Positions 10,119 through 20,167 of a DNA stretch of 49,631 nucleotides are shown here, piece after piece; positions within the stretch are counted from its first letter, which is position 1, and each line of letters starts with the position of its first letter. The position numbers and the translations under genes are program-made. Origin of the DNA: an uncultured Thermococci archaeon (GTDB taxonomy: Archaea > Methanobacteriota_B > Thermococci > Methanofastidiosales > B48-G16). The notes under the pieces are model-generated. The model did not search any database, was not told where the DNA came from, and saw only the letters and a list, made by a program, of their open reading frames with translations. The stretch is from the NCBI GenBank assembly GCA_964595645.1, contig CAZQQT010000013.1:1-49631 (forward strand), read 5' to 3'.

Positions 10119-11381
10119 CTATGTAGTATTATTCGTGTTTTCGAAGCCCTCGATCACCTTTTGTGAGTATTTAAATACGAATGCTAGCGTAACAATTGCT
10201 GTACAGATCACCGCTCCAAGATTGATAAAATGAGCGGGAAAGATATCGAGCAGCAGACCCATTATCCCAAATCCTATGGGGATGATTCCCTGTGTACCAA
10301 CTTCCAGTACTGAAAATATTCGTGCTCTAAACTCCGTGGGGGCGAGTTTTTGGAGCTCAGTCATCAAGGGGGTATTTACAAAGGCATTGAATGATCCGAC
10401 AAATATAAATGTAGCTGAGAGTGCAAAAAACATCGTCCAACTCGCATAGCCCAGATACTGAATGCTTATTGGGAATATGAGGGCAGCAAATACAAAAAGG
10501 AGAGTAGTTTCGCCCAATAGTCCTTTGTTCAACAACTTTCCTGCTCTTTTTTTTGCTAAAAACGTCCCAATAATAACATTTCCAATAAGAAGTCCAATCA
10601 TAAATGAAGCCTGAATACCACCATACTGCTGGGAGGAGAACTGTATCACCTCTCTTGCCACGTAAGGAAGAAGGACACTAAAGACAGGAGATAAAAAGAA
10701 ATTTGTTATCAAGGCAAAGATAAGCAGAGTGAGAAGACTCGTATGGTTCTTTGCAAAAATAAATCCCTCTTTGAGGTCATCAAACGTTTTGTGTACTCCT
10801 TCAAGCTTCTTTGTTTTCTGTTCATAACTGATAAAGAACTCACTCACTCCAGAAGCAATGAAGGAGATGCCATTTACCAAAAACGCAAGATTTATGCCGC
10901 CTAATCCGTATATGACACCACCAAGTGCTGGACCCACAATGGCAGAGATACTGTTGATGGATCCAATGGTGGAGTTTGCCCTGTTGAGATCCTTTTCCGC
11001 TACAAGATCAGGGAGCATGGCCATGGTGGTGGGACCAAACAGTGCATTCATAAGTGAAATGACGAACTGCGCACCAAAAAGTACAGGGATAGTGATGAAA
11101 TTCCAGGAGGCGAGTAGTGCAAGGGACAAAATTACAGCTCCTCTTCCGTAATCCATCTATATCATGATCCATTTCCTATTCAGGCGATCCCCCACCACAC
11201 CGGCCAGAGGGTAAAGAATAAGCCGTGGTACCATCGTGATGATCATAAAAGATCCCATCATAGTTCCTGATCCTGTGAGATCGAGGATGAATAGCGGTAC
11301 CGCGATATCCTGTATCCCTGTACCTATCAATGAGACGAGTCGGCCTGTGGCATATAGCCAAAAATTTCTCCACTGCGTCAT
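10119..11381 (-). pseudogene. MFS transporter (DHA3/macrolide-efflux-like) interrupted by an in-frame TAG
   Basis: ORFs 11157..11381 and 10119..11156 are in frame and separated only by TAG (11157-11159), just after MFS motif A: GVVGDRLNRKWIMI*MD. Confidence 0.85.
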
Positions 11382-11534
11382 TAGATATCACTCTCTCTAG
11401 GAACAGTTCCTTTAAAAAGTTTACTAAAGAAAACTTCAAAATTATAAAAATAGACAAATTTATCATGAAATTGTATCATGACCAACAATGGTTCCATGTA
11501 CTCGCCCATGAAAAATGTAAAAAAAGTAGCTGAA

Positions 11535-12275
11535 TTAAATCGTTACTTTTGCTGAAACTTTGCTTGGATACGTGAGATGTATGCGAATCTCGTCATTGAG
11601 CATACTCTCCACGGTATTCTTCGCCTTCTTCGGTGTATTGTTATTTTCACTTATATGTGCAAGAAACACCTCGGCATTGTTACACATCTCGTTCAGTGCA
11701 GATCCACACTGTGTGTTGGAAAGATGTCCATGATCGCTGGCAATTCTATTTTTAAGGAACTCAGGGTACCTCCCGTTCCATAACATTTCCCTATCATGAT
11801 TGGACTCGAAGATATAAACATCAAGGTGTTTAAAGTAGGATAAAAGCCTAGAATCTACCGATCCAAGGTCTGTAGCCATGCCTATATCTCGATCCCCTTT
11901 GATAAGATATGCGACTGGATCTGACGAATCGTGGTTGGTGCATACCGGTGTGATCCGAAGCTCCTTTACTCTAAACTCCTGAAAATTTGTGAAAAGTGCA
12001 GGAACAATATTTTCTTCTATTCTTTGGTATGTTCTTTTGTTCATCAAAAATGGAACCTTGTATTTCCTGGAGAAGGGTCCAATCCCTCGAATATGATCGG
12101 TATGCTCATGCGAAATAAGTACTGCATCGACTTCGTGGGGATCGACACCTATTTGTGACAGTGCAGTTTCTGTATAGCGTAGAGAGAATCCAACATCTAC
12201 TAAGAGAGTCGTGTTCTCTGTTTTTACAAGAGTGCAGTTCCCTGCACTGCTGCTTCCAAGCACGCATATTTCCAT
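11535..12275 (-). CDS. MBL-fold metallo-hydrolase (YycJ/WalJ-like)
   Basis: LGSSSAGN, SHEHTDH, ESNHD, GHLSN, AHISENNN. Confidence 0.9.
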   Translation of the reverse strand: MEICVLGSSSAGNCTLVKTENTTLLVDVGFSLRYTETALSQIGVDPHEVDAVLISHEHTDHIRGIGPFSRKYKVPFLMNKRTYQRIEENIVPALFTNFQEFRVKELRITPVCTNHDSSDPVAYLIKGDRDIGMATDLGSVDSRLLSYFKHLDVYIFESNHDREMLWNGRYPEFLKNRIASDHGHLSNTQCGSALNEMCNNAEVFLAHISENNNTPKKAKNTVESMLNDEIRIHLTYPSKVSAKVTI

Positions 12276-12346
12276 TGGAGAAACATTCAAATAAGTATAT
12301 AAAAGATTTTTTGATTTCGAAAACTTTTTTTACAATAAAAGAAGTG

Positions 12347-13072
12347 TTAGAATACTTCTCCGCGCGTGTGGACGATGATTCCATTGTCCTCAATGCTGAA
12401 GGGATACTTCCCCATTGAAAAACTTGTTTCTCTCATCTTTCTCACGTAAAGAGCTCTTTCAAAGGTAGTACCCTTCTCTATAATTTCAAGCTTAATTACT
12501 CCTCGAGAAACAAACTCCTCCACCCCATATCGAGAGAATCCTTCTCCCATAGGTGTTTCCGTCGTGACAAAGGATGTCACTCCGATCTCAAGGAGAAGTG
12601 TACTCAATCTATAGATAGAGTTCCTTATTTCTTTTTCTGTTTCAAGACTTAGCCCAAGAGAAGGAATCGAATCGACAACAACTCTTTCTGCATCTATCTC
12701 TTTGGCTACTCTATTTATTTCAATTATCAGTGCATCAACATCCATCTCTATGAGCGAGTGTTTCTCCTTTGTACTTTTTTTCCTTAATTTGGCAGACGTT
12801 CCATCAATTATGGCCAGTTCATCCATATTCTCGTATTTTTTAAAATCCCATCCAAAGTTCTGCATCTCTCTTCGCAGATCCTCGGCTCGTTCCTCCAGCG
12901 TTACAAATATTCCATTTTGGTTGTAATCTTCTACCCCTTTATAGAGAAACTGGGAACAGAGTATTGTTTTGCCTGTGCCTGTACCCCCCACTACCAATAC
13001 ATTTGTTCCTTTGGGAACGCCCCCTTCCAAAATTTCATCGAGACCTGGTATTCCTGTCTTTATTTTCTCCAT
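12347..13072 (-). CDS. KaiC-like single-domain RecA-superfamily ATPase, intact Walker A
   Basis: TGIPGLDE.L.GG, GGTGTGKT, VTLEE, VVVDS, VRKMRET; ATG at 13072 follows AGGTGA. Confidence 0.9.
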   Translation of the reverse strand: MEKIKTGIPGLDEILEGGVPKGTNVLVVGGTGTGKTILCSQFLYKGVEDYNQNGIFVTLEERAEDLRREMQNFGWDFKKYENMDELAIIDGTSAKLRKKSTKEKHSLIEMDVDALIIEINRVAKEIDAERVVVDSIPSLGLSLETEKEIRNSIYRLSTLLLEIGVTSFVTTETPMGEGFSRYGVEEFVSRGVIKLEIIEKGTTFERALYVRKMRETSFSMGKYPFSIEDNGIIVHTRGEVF

Positions 13073-13081
13073 CGTACTCAC

Positions 13082-13813
13082 CTACAAAATCCTCTCCGTT
13101 GTCTCCAACTCTATTCCTTTTTTTGTGATTCTATAAGGAATTAATCGTGAGCTGTATATTCTCCTTTTCAACTTTAACATTTTCATATATCTCTCTATCT
13201 TGCTTCCTTTCTCATTCACGCGGAACTGAATTACACCATCCGCCATATGATAGATAGTATTCACTACGTTTTCTTCATGCATTCCTTCGACAACTAAAAA
13301 GAAATATACGCCGCCGTATCGCTTAATTGTAAGCTGAATGGTCTCAAAAAGATCTACCATCTCTTCAAAATCATTGATTCGCAACAGGTACGAAAAAGAG
13401 TCCACAATCCCTCTGCATGATGTATTTTCGTACTCCTTTATATGTTCGGAAAGAAGAACCCTCAGTTGGTTTGCTGCACCCACATCCCATGACCAGTAGT
13501 CCTCCTCATCTACCTCTTCCCCGGAGATACTTTGATACCTGGGAGTGTACGCATCAATAAACTTCAATATTTCTTTCTCAAGAAAAAGATCGATATCCCA
13601 GTTGAAAAAATCCATTTCTTCCTTTATCTCTGATGGTGACTCCTCTGATGTAAAATAAAGCCCATGATCACCATTTTTCAATCCATGGTATAAAAATTGA
13701 TGTGCAAAAATCGAAACACCTGATCCTGGAGGACCTGAAAGGATCATTATTGTTTCATCAGGTAATCCTCCTCCTAGTGCATTATCCAACAGCGGAATTC
13801 CTATCTCATACAT
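13082..13813 (-). CDS. KaiC-like ATPase with degenerate Walker A
   Basis: GIPLLD.ALGGG, GPPGSGVS (Lys replaced by Val), FTSEE, IVDS, ADGVI. Confidence 0.88.
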   Translation of the reverse strand: MYEIGIPLLDNALGGGLPDETIMILSGPPGSGVSIFAHQFLYHGLKNGDHGLYFTSEESPSEIKEEMDFFNWDIDLFLEKEILKFIDAYTPRYQSISGEEVDEEDYWSWDVGAANQLRVLLSEHIKEYENTSCRGIVDSFSYLLRINDFEEMVDLFETIQLTIKRYGGVYFFLVVEGMHEENVVNTIYHMADGVIQFRVNEKGSKIERYMKMLKLKRRIYSSRLIPYRITKKGIELETTERIL

Positions 13814-13817
13814 ACAG

Positions 13818-14225
13818 TCACCCATAGTTCAATTTTTTCTCTAATTCTCGTATTTTCTTATGTATCTCTTTCATTTCATTTTTTTTGTCCTCAAAATTCT
13901 TCAGCAGTGGCTTGTACTCCTCAAACAAATTCAACTGACTCTTGAGTGATCCTATCTTTTCCTTCAATTGTTTTTCCTCATTTTTATGATCGTGAAGCTT
14001 TGATACATACTCTGTCATCAGGGATTCAAAAACTTCGTTATTTATTTCTTCTTTCTTCTTTTTTAATTCTTCTATCGATCCCTCTGTCATCACTATTTTT
14101 AAAGATATCTTTATTTTATGCTCTTCAAGCTCTTTTATCCTAGAGCGAAGCGCCGTAAGTTTACCGCGTAACTCATCCATCGAAAACCGTGGTTCTTGGA
14201 CCGTGATCTCATGTATTTCTTTCAT
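13818..14225 (-). CDS. Coiled-coil hypothetical protein
   Basis: Heptad, K/E-rich sequence; start overlaps the upstream stop; GGAG RBS. Confidence 0.75.
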   Translation of the reverse strand: MKEIHEITVQEPRFSMDELRGKLTALRSRIKELEEHKIKISLKIVMTEGSIEELKKKKEEINNEVFESLMTEYVSKLHDHKNEEKQLKEKIGSLKSQLNLFEEYKPLLKNFEDKKNEMKEIHKKIRELEKKLNYG

Positions 14226-17200
14226 AGGACTCCTTCTCCTCCATTTCATTCTTCACGATTCTCTTCAAACCTTCAATCTCCTTGAGCATGTCTTCCTTAC
14301 CCATTTCTCTATACTCTTCTTCCTTTTTCTCAAGGTTCTTTAAATCTTTTTCTAACGCTCTTAGTTCGCTATTTTTGATGTGGTTCTTCCACATTTCTTT
14401 CTCTTTTGTTTTCTGTGCAAATAGCTTTGGTTCTACAGGATTAGAAATCTTTTTCTTTTTTTCTTTCTTTTTTACAGTACTCATATTCCATAATTCTTCC
14501 ATTTCTATAGACTCTCGTGAAGGTCTTTCAATTTCTCTGTCAGATTCTTCTGTGTCATAGCTTCTCATTCCCCCGAGCACCCTCCTTTCTGCCCTTCTCT
14601 CCGTTCTTTCCACTGTCTCGTCTTCACCCCAGATATCCTCCTCGGTGACAGTTTCATCATATGAAGGAATTCCATACCCCTCTCCGTACTCCTCTCTCCT
14701 CTTGGAAATGAGCAGGTAGAGGAGGAAAACTACAATCGTTACTATTACCGGGATGAAAACATATCGTAGATCTATTCCAGGACCAGGTTGTTCTGGTGTT
14801 GGTGGAGCGGTAGTTGAAGGCGGTGGTGTGGGAGTCTCTTCTTTCTCTTTTTCCTCTTCCTCCTCTTCTTTCTCCTCTTCTTCACGAGATATTGGGGTAG
14901 ATTGAGAGACTGCCTGGTAACTGTCGTTATATATATCTCTCCATTCCACAACAGCGCCGGGAAGTTCTGCTGCATCGCCCATCTTCGTGAAGGTATAGGA
15001 GAACGTTTTTGATTCACCGGCATTTAGACGGCTCAATTCAAATATCCGTGAACTGTTTGTCTCAAATCCAGAGGGTATGCGATCCACTATCGTGAGCGCA
15101 AATGCCTTCTCGCTGTACGTATTCGTCACTGTGAGCTCCACTGTATTCCCCTTAAATGTCTTTTCAAGTACAACCCCCTGTACATTCAGTGTCGTTTCCT
15201 CTGTGTGTGCTGTGTACTTATTGCCAAACCTGTCCTTATACTCCACACGTGCACTGCTCAATATGACCTCTCCAGGGCGTGTCGGCGTGATTGCATACCG
15301 TAACGAATGTCTCTCACCGGGATCCAGTTCTCCTCCCCATGAGTAGTCCTTTCCAACAGAGGAGGGAAGATCATCCTGTAACACAACCTCCGCCTCACTC
15401 TCTCCTGTATTCTCTAGTGTATACACGAGCTGTGTACTGTATCCAAACCGAATTTCACCTTCCTCCAAAGACCGGGTAATGGTTACTATAGGCTTTTTTG
15501 TAATGAATGGAACACTCAATTGTTTATTCAGCGAATGTTCTACTCCACTCCTGTCCTGGTAGCTACCATTAAGAGTGAAAGAGAGCTCTTTATCCCCCAC
15601 TGGTGTCTCGAATGTACTCTTTGTAATATAAGTTTCTCCAGGTTTGAGTTCACCTATCTCGTACATTAGTCCATTGTTCCTCTTTCCCTCTGTATCAATG
15701 ACCTTAAATCCTGTATGATCTAAGGTAACGGTGAGATTCTTGGCTGTAGATGTTTCGCCGCGGAGCGTAAGTTGGAGTGTGAGTATCTCCTTCTCCTCTG
15801 ATGGGATCCTGTCCAATACCACCATCCCTGCATCTACTGTGGGAGGCTCAGCCTCGGGAATCACAACATCGAAATCGGGAGAGGTCTTCTCTTTTTTAGT
15901 TTTATCGATGGTGTATGTGGCTCTCAATCCGAGAATCCTATATTTGCCCGGTTCTACGGGCGCCTTGATAGCATACTTTACTATCTTTGCTTCCGAGGGT
16001 CTCAACTCATCGATATTGTAACGAAGGATTTTATTTTCGCTGTCCCACTCTATATTATCAGTATAGATCTTTACTAAATGAAACTCTTCGGGGATAATAT
16101 CCACAGCTTCAATATCTTTGATGCTCTCCTCTGTATTATTCCTCAACATCAATGATATGTTAACGGTTTCTCCAGTGTTGAGATAGTTTTTACTTATCTC
16201 TTTTGTCATTGTAAGCTTTTCTGTGCCGATTACATGGATATCTATTGTGTTTGACACCACTTTATGTCGTCCATAGACGTCTTCGTAGTACGCCTTTCCA
16301 CTAAAGGAGTATGTCCCCTCTTCCTCAGCTTTCAGCGTATAATCTATTTCTACCGTTTCGTCCGACTGTATTTTTCCTTCAAATGTAGGACTTCCCTCAA
16401 CAACACTCAATCCCTGAGGGATATTATCTTCAAATTCGACATACTGCTCTTTTTCGCTCCAATTTCGGATAAAAATTTGAATTCTTTTTGTTTCTCCTAC
16501 TTTTAGTTCTTTTTCTCCCACTACATGCTTTTCTACGCGTAGTACCTTCTCCTGTGGGTTCGGTTTGATATTCACTGTATATGTTTTTTCAGTGTTGTAG
16601 CTAGTACCCACATCATCCTCCCATGAGATATTGAGTGTTGTGGTATACTCCTTCTCAAAATTAAGGGATGGTGCCTCCATCTCGAGAATGATATCTCCTG
16701 TCTCCCCTGGGTAGAGATCAAAGTAGTTCTCTCCGCAGGGATTGGGGTACATCCATGTGACATCCTTGCATGGTAACTCACTTTCAATAGAGTACTGGAT
16801 ATTCCTCGCCATTCCCTTTCCTATATTCAGATCATCCTTTACATTTTTAAGAGAAACGAAGAGGTAGAACGTATCATTCGCGTAAATTCCACTGCTCCAG
16901 ATCTCTTCTTCTTTATCCCATCGTTTAAACTCGGAACTCGTCTGAACATTCGGAACAACTCGTTTATAAATCCTAAAGAGTCCCTTAAATTTCTCTCCTG
17001 TTCCAGTGTTATCAAGGAACTCAAAAACCATACCATCGTACACGCATCGCTGGTAGAGTGCCATGAGCGGTTCGCCAAGTTTCTGCGATCCTTTGTGGAT
17101 CTGGACACCGTTATTGTCATACCAGTACTTGTGTGTTTCTTCAAGAATGAGGCTGTAATCATCATAACTTATCATTCCACCAAGACCTACCCACTGTTCG

Positions 17201-19683
17201 TTTACTTTTGCGTACTTTTTGTACTCGTATGCCCGCACATAGTATGCATTCTCGGATATATCTGGGTTAACCATCGCATCTACTGTAATCGTTCCGCTTT
17301 CTCCAGCATTTACTTGTGGTATCTGCCAGAGGAGAAGGTTTCCATCTACAATGGGTGCTATAGACGCATTAATAAAAGTCATATTTTCTGGGAGCGTATC
17401 GAGTATTTTCACGTTATACGCGTTCCCATTGGCACAGATGCCAGTATTCTGATACCGTATAGTATATGTAATAATATCGCCGGGCACAGCGGTGAGAGGA
17501 GCCTCTTTCGCGACATCCATCTTGCAGCAGGGAAGCGTAGAGCGGGCGACTCCTGAAGGGACAGTCACGGTGGTGTGGACGGTGTTGCTGGTAATACCGT
17601 GGGAATCTGTCTCCTGCGAACTGGAGGTACCGTTAGGATCGCCAGAATCGCTTCCATAGAGGTTGTACTCCACGATCGTTGCATTATTATGGATCGTTGT
17701 GGAAGAAGTAACGCTGTCTACCGTTGCCTGAAAAGTAAGAGCGTGGCTTGACTCAGGGTTTAATGTAGTAAGACCGCTCCATTCAATTGTATTTCCTGAT
17801 ACACTTCCCCCATCACTTATACTACCTACTGTAACATCGTTTGGAATCTCATCTTCGATATCTATATCTGTTACGTCTATCGTACTGGGAACAGGGGGAG
17901 TACCATACTCTCTCCCCGACGACGTCGTATTGTAGTACGTCAACGTATAGGTGAGTGTATCACCAGGAGTGGCAGAGGTATCGCTTACTTCCTTGAGGAT
18001 ATCCATCGCCTGCACTTTGAAGAGAACAGGATTGGGGCTAATGCTCTGCGGTGTTCCCTCTTCTGTGTAGGAGAGGGTGATATCACTAGGGATCTCTGTA
18101 CCATACGTTGTGCCATCCTTCACTGTCGCCGTGACCTGTACTGTACCGGAATCTCCTGGGTGGAGTGTGCCAATATTCCAGGTTACCGTATTTGTAGCAG
18201 GATCGTAGGAATATGAACTTGTCGCAGAGGCAAAATCGAGATTGGTATCGAGTGTGGCAGTAAGAGAGACATTTGTCGCATCGTCTGCAGCTAACGGACT
18301 GTAGGAGTAATCAATGGTGTATGTAATCTCATCGCCACGCACGCAGGTACCATAGTTATTCTCCCCGGGTGTTGCATATCTGAAATTCGGCGGTGCAGTA
18401 TCTGCCCAGCCAGAGCCCGTGAAATCATGAGCATTTGGGTTCTCTCCCTTCACAGAGAGATTCATGTACGTCACTGTCGTTTCTGTGGAGTCTTTTTCAA
18501 AGGGCATTTCTTCGTAAGATCTCCCCTGTACATCCTCATACCGTAGACCTACCTTATTTTTCAGGATTCGTGAGCCAGACACTACATCTATGAACAAATT
18601 GCTGTATGTTTCATTGAAGGTGATCTGTTGATCACTTTCCGCGAGAGAGGACGTATCTATCTCCTTTTCATCGACTTTCTTCAGGAACTTCAGATAAACT
18701 TCTTTGGCCGTGGGGTCGAATTTCGTCACCACAATGCCAAAGCTATCCTTGAAGATGATATTCTCCTTTCCATCGTAGACTGTGTAAATATCCTCGCCGA
18801 CAATAAGCTTACAGAGGTTCATCATTCCTTCTACTGTCTCGATCGTACGTAGAGAAGATGTTATATAACCTCCTTCATTCATCTCCGAGTTGTTCACTGT
18901 AGCGTACAATGGATCTGCGGGATTCATTGTAGAGAAAATGGTATCGTTGATTATTCCAATGGTGTGCCCTGCATAACTTGTTTTATTCATTCGAAATTCG
19001 GGCATGGGGATATTTAAAGAGAGTTTAGCCCCATAATCTGTTTCATAGACCATGAATTTATCGTCTTTCAAAGTGATATAGTACGGATCAGAGACGATGA
19101 TCTCATCTTTGGATACCTGATAGCCCTTCTCGTTGTTGTCGAGAAGTCCTTCTTCTTCCATTTCAATCAGTGTCTTTTCGGCAATGGTGTCGTATTTTTT
19201 ATGGAAATATATCTGAAGTTTCGTATATGTGCCGACAGTAGTGGTTGACTCTACTGATGAGCAACATGTTTCTTCTTCCTCCTGCGTTGTTGCATCTCTA
19301 TCAAAACAATGGAACTGTATAGAGATATCACAGTACTTATTCTCGTATACCAACGTATTGGAACATGCAGGGCAACATTCCAGCAGATTGGATGCTTCAT
19401 ATATATCTCGATCACAATCACGCTTGTAGAGAGTCTCCTTTTTATTGCCTTTGTAGAGATCCAATTCTATCTCTCCATTTTCGAGATTATAATCCACCAC
19501 TTTCAGCCTGTACGGACCTTCTATATTGATAAACATTCCTTTGTAAATTTCTGTAAGGGAGGAATCGAGGGTACCGTCCTTGTACACCTCCGTCTTTATC
19601 TTGATCTCGCTTTCGTACGTATCCGCCCCCATCTTAGGAAGAAGTAGTACAATGAAAAAGAAGACGAGAAGCTTATTTTTCAT
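14209..19683 (-). CDS. Giant surface protein/adhesin with multiple DUF11 (Ig-like) domains, C-terminal TM anchor and cytoplasmic tail
   Basis: Signal peptide; repeated K....PGD.(L/I)TYT..Y.N....A.NV.I.D.LP modules; poly-E and P/T linker; TM segment YVFIPVIVTIVVFLLYLLI followed by SKRR. Confidence 0.88.
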   Translation of the reverse strand: MKNKLLVFFFIVLLLPKMGADTYESEIKIKTEVYKDGTLDSSLTEIYKGMFINIEGPYRLKVVDYNLENGEIELDLYKGNKKETLYKRDCDRDIYEASNLLECCPACSNTLVYENKYCDISIQFHCFDRDATTQEEEETCCSSVESTTTVGTYTKLQIYFHKKYDTIAEKTLIEMEEEGLLDNNEKGYQVSKDEIIVSDPYYITLKDDKFMVYETDYGAKLSLNIPMPEFRMNKTSYAGHTIGIINDTIFSTMNPADPLYATVNNSEMNEGGYITSSLRTIETVEGMMNLCKLIVGEDIYTVYDGKENIIFKDSFGIVVTKFDPTAKEVYLKFLKKVDEKEIDTSSLAESDQQITFNETYSNLFIDVVSGSRILKNKVGLRYEDVQGRSYEEMPFEKDSTETTVTYMNLSVKGENPNAHDFTGSGWADTAPPNFRYATPGENNYGTCVRGDEITYTIDYSYSPLAADDATNVSLTATLDTNLDFASATSSYSYDPATNTVTWNIGTLHPGDSGTVQVTATVKDGTTYGTEIPSDITLSYTEEGTPQSISPNPVLFKVQAMDILKEVSDTSATPGDTLTYTLTYYNTTSSGREYGTPPVPSTIDVTDIDIEDEIPNDVTVGSISDGGSVSGNTIEWSGLTTLNPESSHALTFQATVDSVTSSTTIHNNATIVEYNLYGSDSGDPNGTSSSQETDSHGITSNTVHTTVTVPSGVARSTLPCCKMDVAKEAPLTAVPGDIITYTIRYQNTGICANGNAYNVKILDTLPENMTFINASIAPIVDGNLLLWQIPQVNAGESGTITVDAMVNPDISENAYYVRAYEYKKYAKVNEQWVGLGGMISYDDYSLILEETHKYWYDNNGVQIHKGSQKLGEPLMALYQRCVYDGMVFEFLDNTGTGEKFKGLFRIYKRVVPNVQTSSEFKRWDKEEEIWSSGIYANDTFYLFVSLKNVKDDLNIGKGMARNIQYSIESELPCKDVTWMYPNPCGENYFDLYPGETGDIILEMEAPSLNFEKEYTTTLNISWEDDVGTSYNTEKTYTVNIKPNPQEKVLRVEKHVVGEKELKVGETKRIQIFIRNWSEKEQYVEFEDNIPQGLSVVEGSPTFEGKIQSDETVEIDYTLKAEEEGTYSFSGKAYYEDVYGRHKVVSNTIDIHVIGTEKLTMTKEISKNYLNTGETVNISLMLRNNTEESIKDIEAVDIIPEEFHLVKIYTDNIEWDSENKILRYNIDELRPSEAKIVKYAIKAPVEPGKYRILGLRATYTIDKTKKEKTSPDFDVVIPEAEPPTVDAGMVVLDRIPSEEKEILTLQLTLRGETSTAKNLTVTLDHTGFKVIDTEGKRNNGLMYEIGELKPGETYITKSTFETPVGDKELSFTLNGSYQDRSGVEHSLNKQLSVPFITKKPIVTITRSLEEGEIRFGYSTQLVYTLENTGESEAEVVLQDDLPSSVGKDYSWGGELDPGERHSLRYAITPTRPGEVILSSARVEYKDRFGNKYTAHTEETTLNVQGVVLEKTFKGNTVELTVTNTYSEKAFALTIVDRIPSGFETNSSRIFELSRLNAGESKTFSYTFTKMGDAAELPGAVVEWRDIYNDSYQAVSQSTPISREEEEKEEEEEEKEKEETPTPPPSTTAPPTPEQPGPGIDLRYVFIPVIVTIVVFLLYLLISKRREEYGEGYGIPSYDETVTEEDIWGEDETVERTERRAERRVLGGMRSYDTEESDREIERPSRESIEMEELWNMSTVKKKEKKKKISNPVEPKLFAQKTKEKEMWKNHIKNSELRALEKDLKNLEKKEEEYREMGKEDMLKEIEGLKRIVKNEMEEKESYERNT

Positions 19684-20026
19684 ATTCCTCCCTCCATTTC
19701 TTTGTAATCTCTACTATCTGTGCCAAAAAGTCTTCAAATCCTTCATAAATTACCCACGTATTGTTTCGTTTGTAAATAAATCCTCCCGCTTTGAGTTTAC
19801 TGATGATACTATCATACTGTCCCCGAGTGATATTGTTATCTTCACAAAACGTCGACCAGTAACTATCGTTTAGTCCTCCTCTCTTACTGATCAACTCTAA
19901 AAATCTCAAGGCGGGTCCCGCCAGTTCAGGGTTTCGCCAGAACATGCAGGCTAATACATCCTCCATTTTATCTATCATGCCGTTTTCCGGCTGAATTAGG
20001 AACGTGGTTTTGAGCTTTTTTGGCAC
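19673..20026 (-). CDS. Hypothetical protein, probable winged-helix fold
   Basis: GTG at 20026 follows GGTGATGAG; ITRGQYDSIISKLKAGGFIYKRNNTW resembles a recognition helix plus wing. Confidence 0.6.
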   Translation of the reverse strand: MPKKLKTTFLIQPENGMIDKMEDVLACMFWRNPELAGPALRFLELISKRGGLNDSYWSTFCEDNNITRGQYDSIISKLKAGGFIYKRNNTWVIYEGFEDFLAQIVEITKKWREEYEK

Positions 20027-20167
20027 CTCATCACCGTTTATGCACTGTTGATATACAACAATACGAATCATTAGTATTTAAATCTTTTGGTCAGAGTTTA
20101 TGTCTGATAAGAAGAGCAATGTATATAAAAAGTAAGTTTGGATTATAAGAATGATAACCAATAAAGG

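Noticed and set aside
10119-11381. Genome-wide TAG reassignment
   Set aside because: Several conserved genes (pus10, pfkB, prpD, CBS, ybaK) end normally at TAG.
12347-13813. Circadian clock KaiC, or an archaellum locus
   Set aside because: These are single-domain KaiC-like proteins with no kaiA/kaiB; there are no archaellins or arlF/G, and two platform genes point to a pilus.
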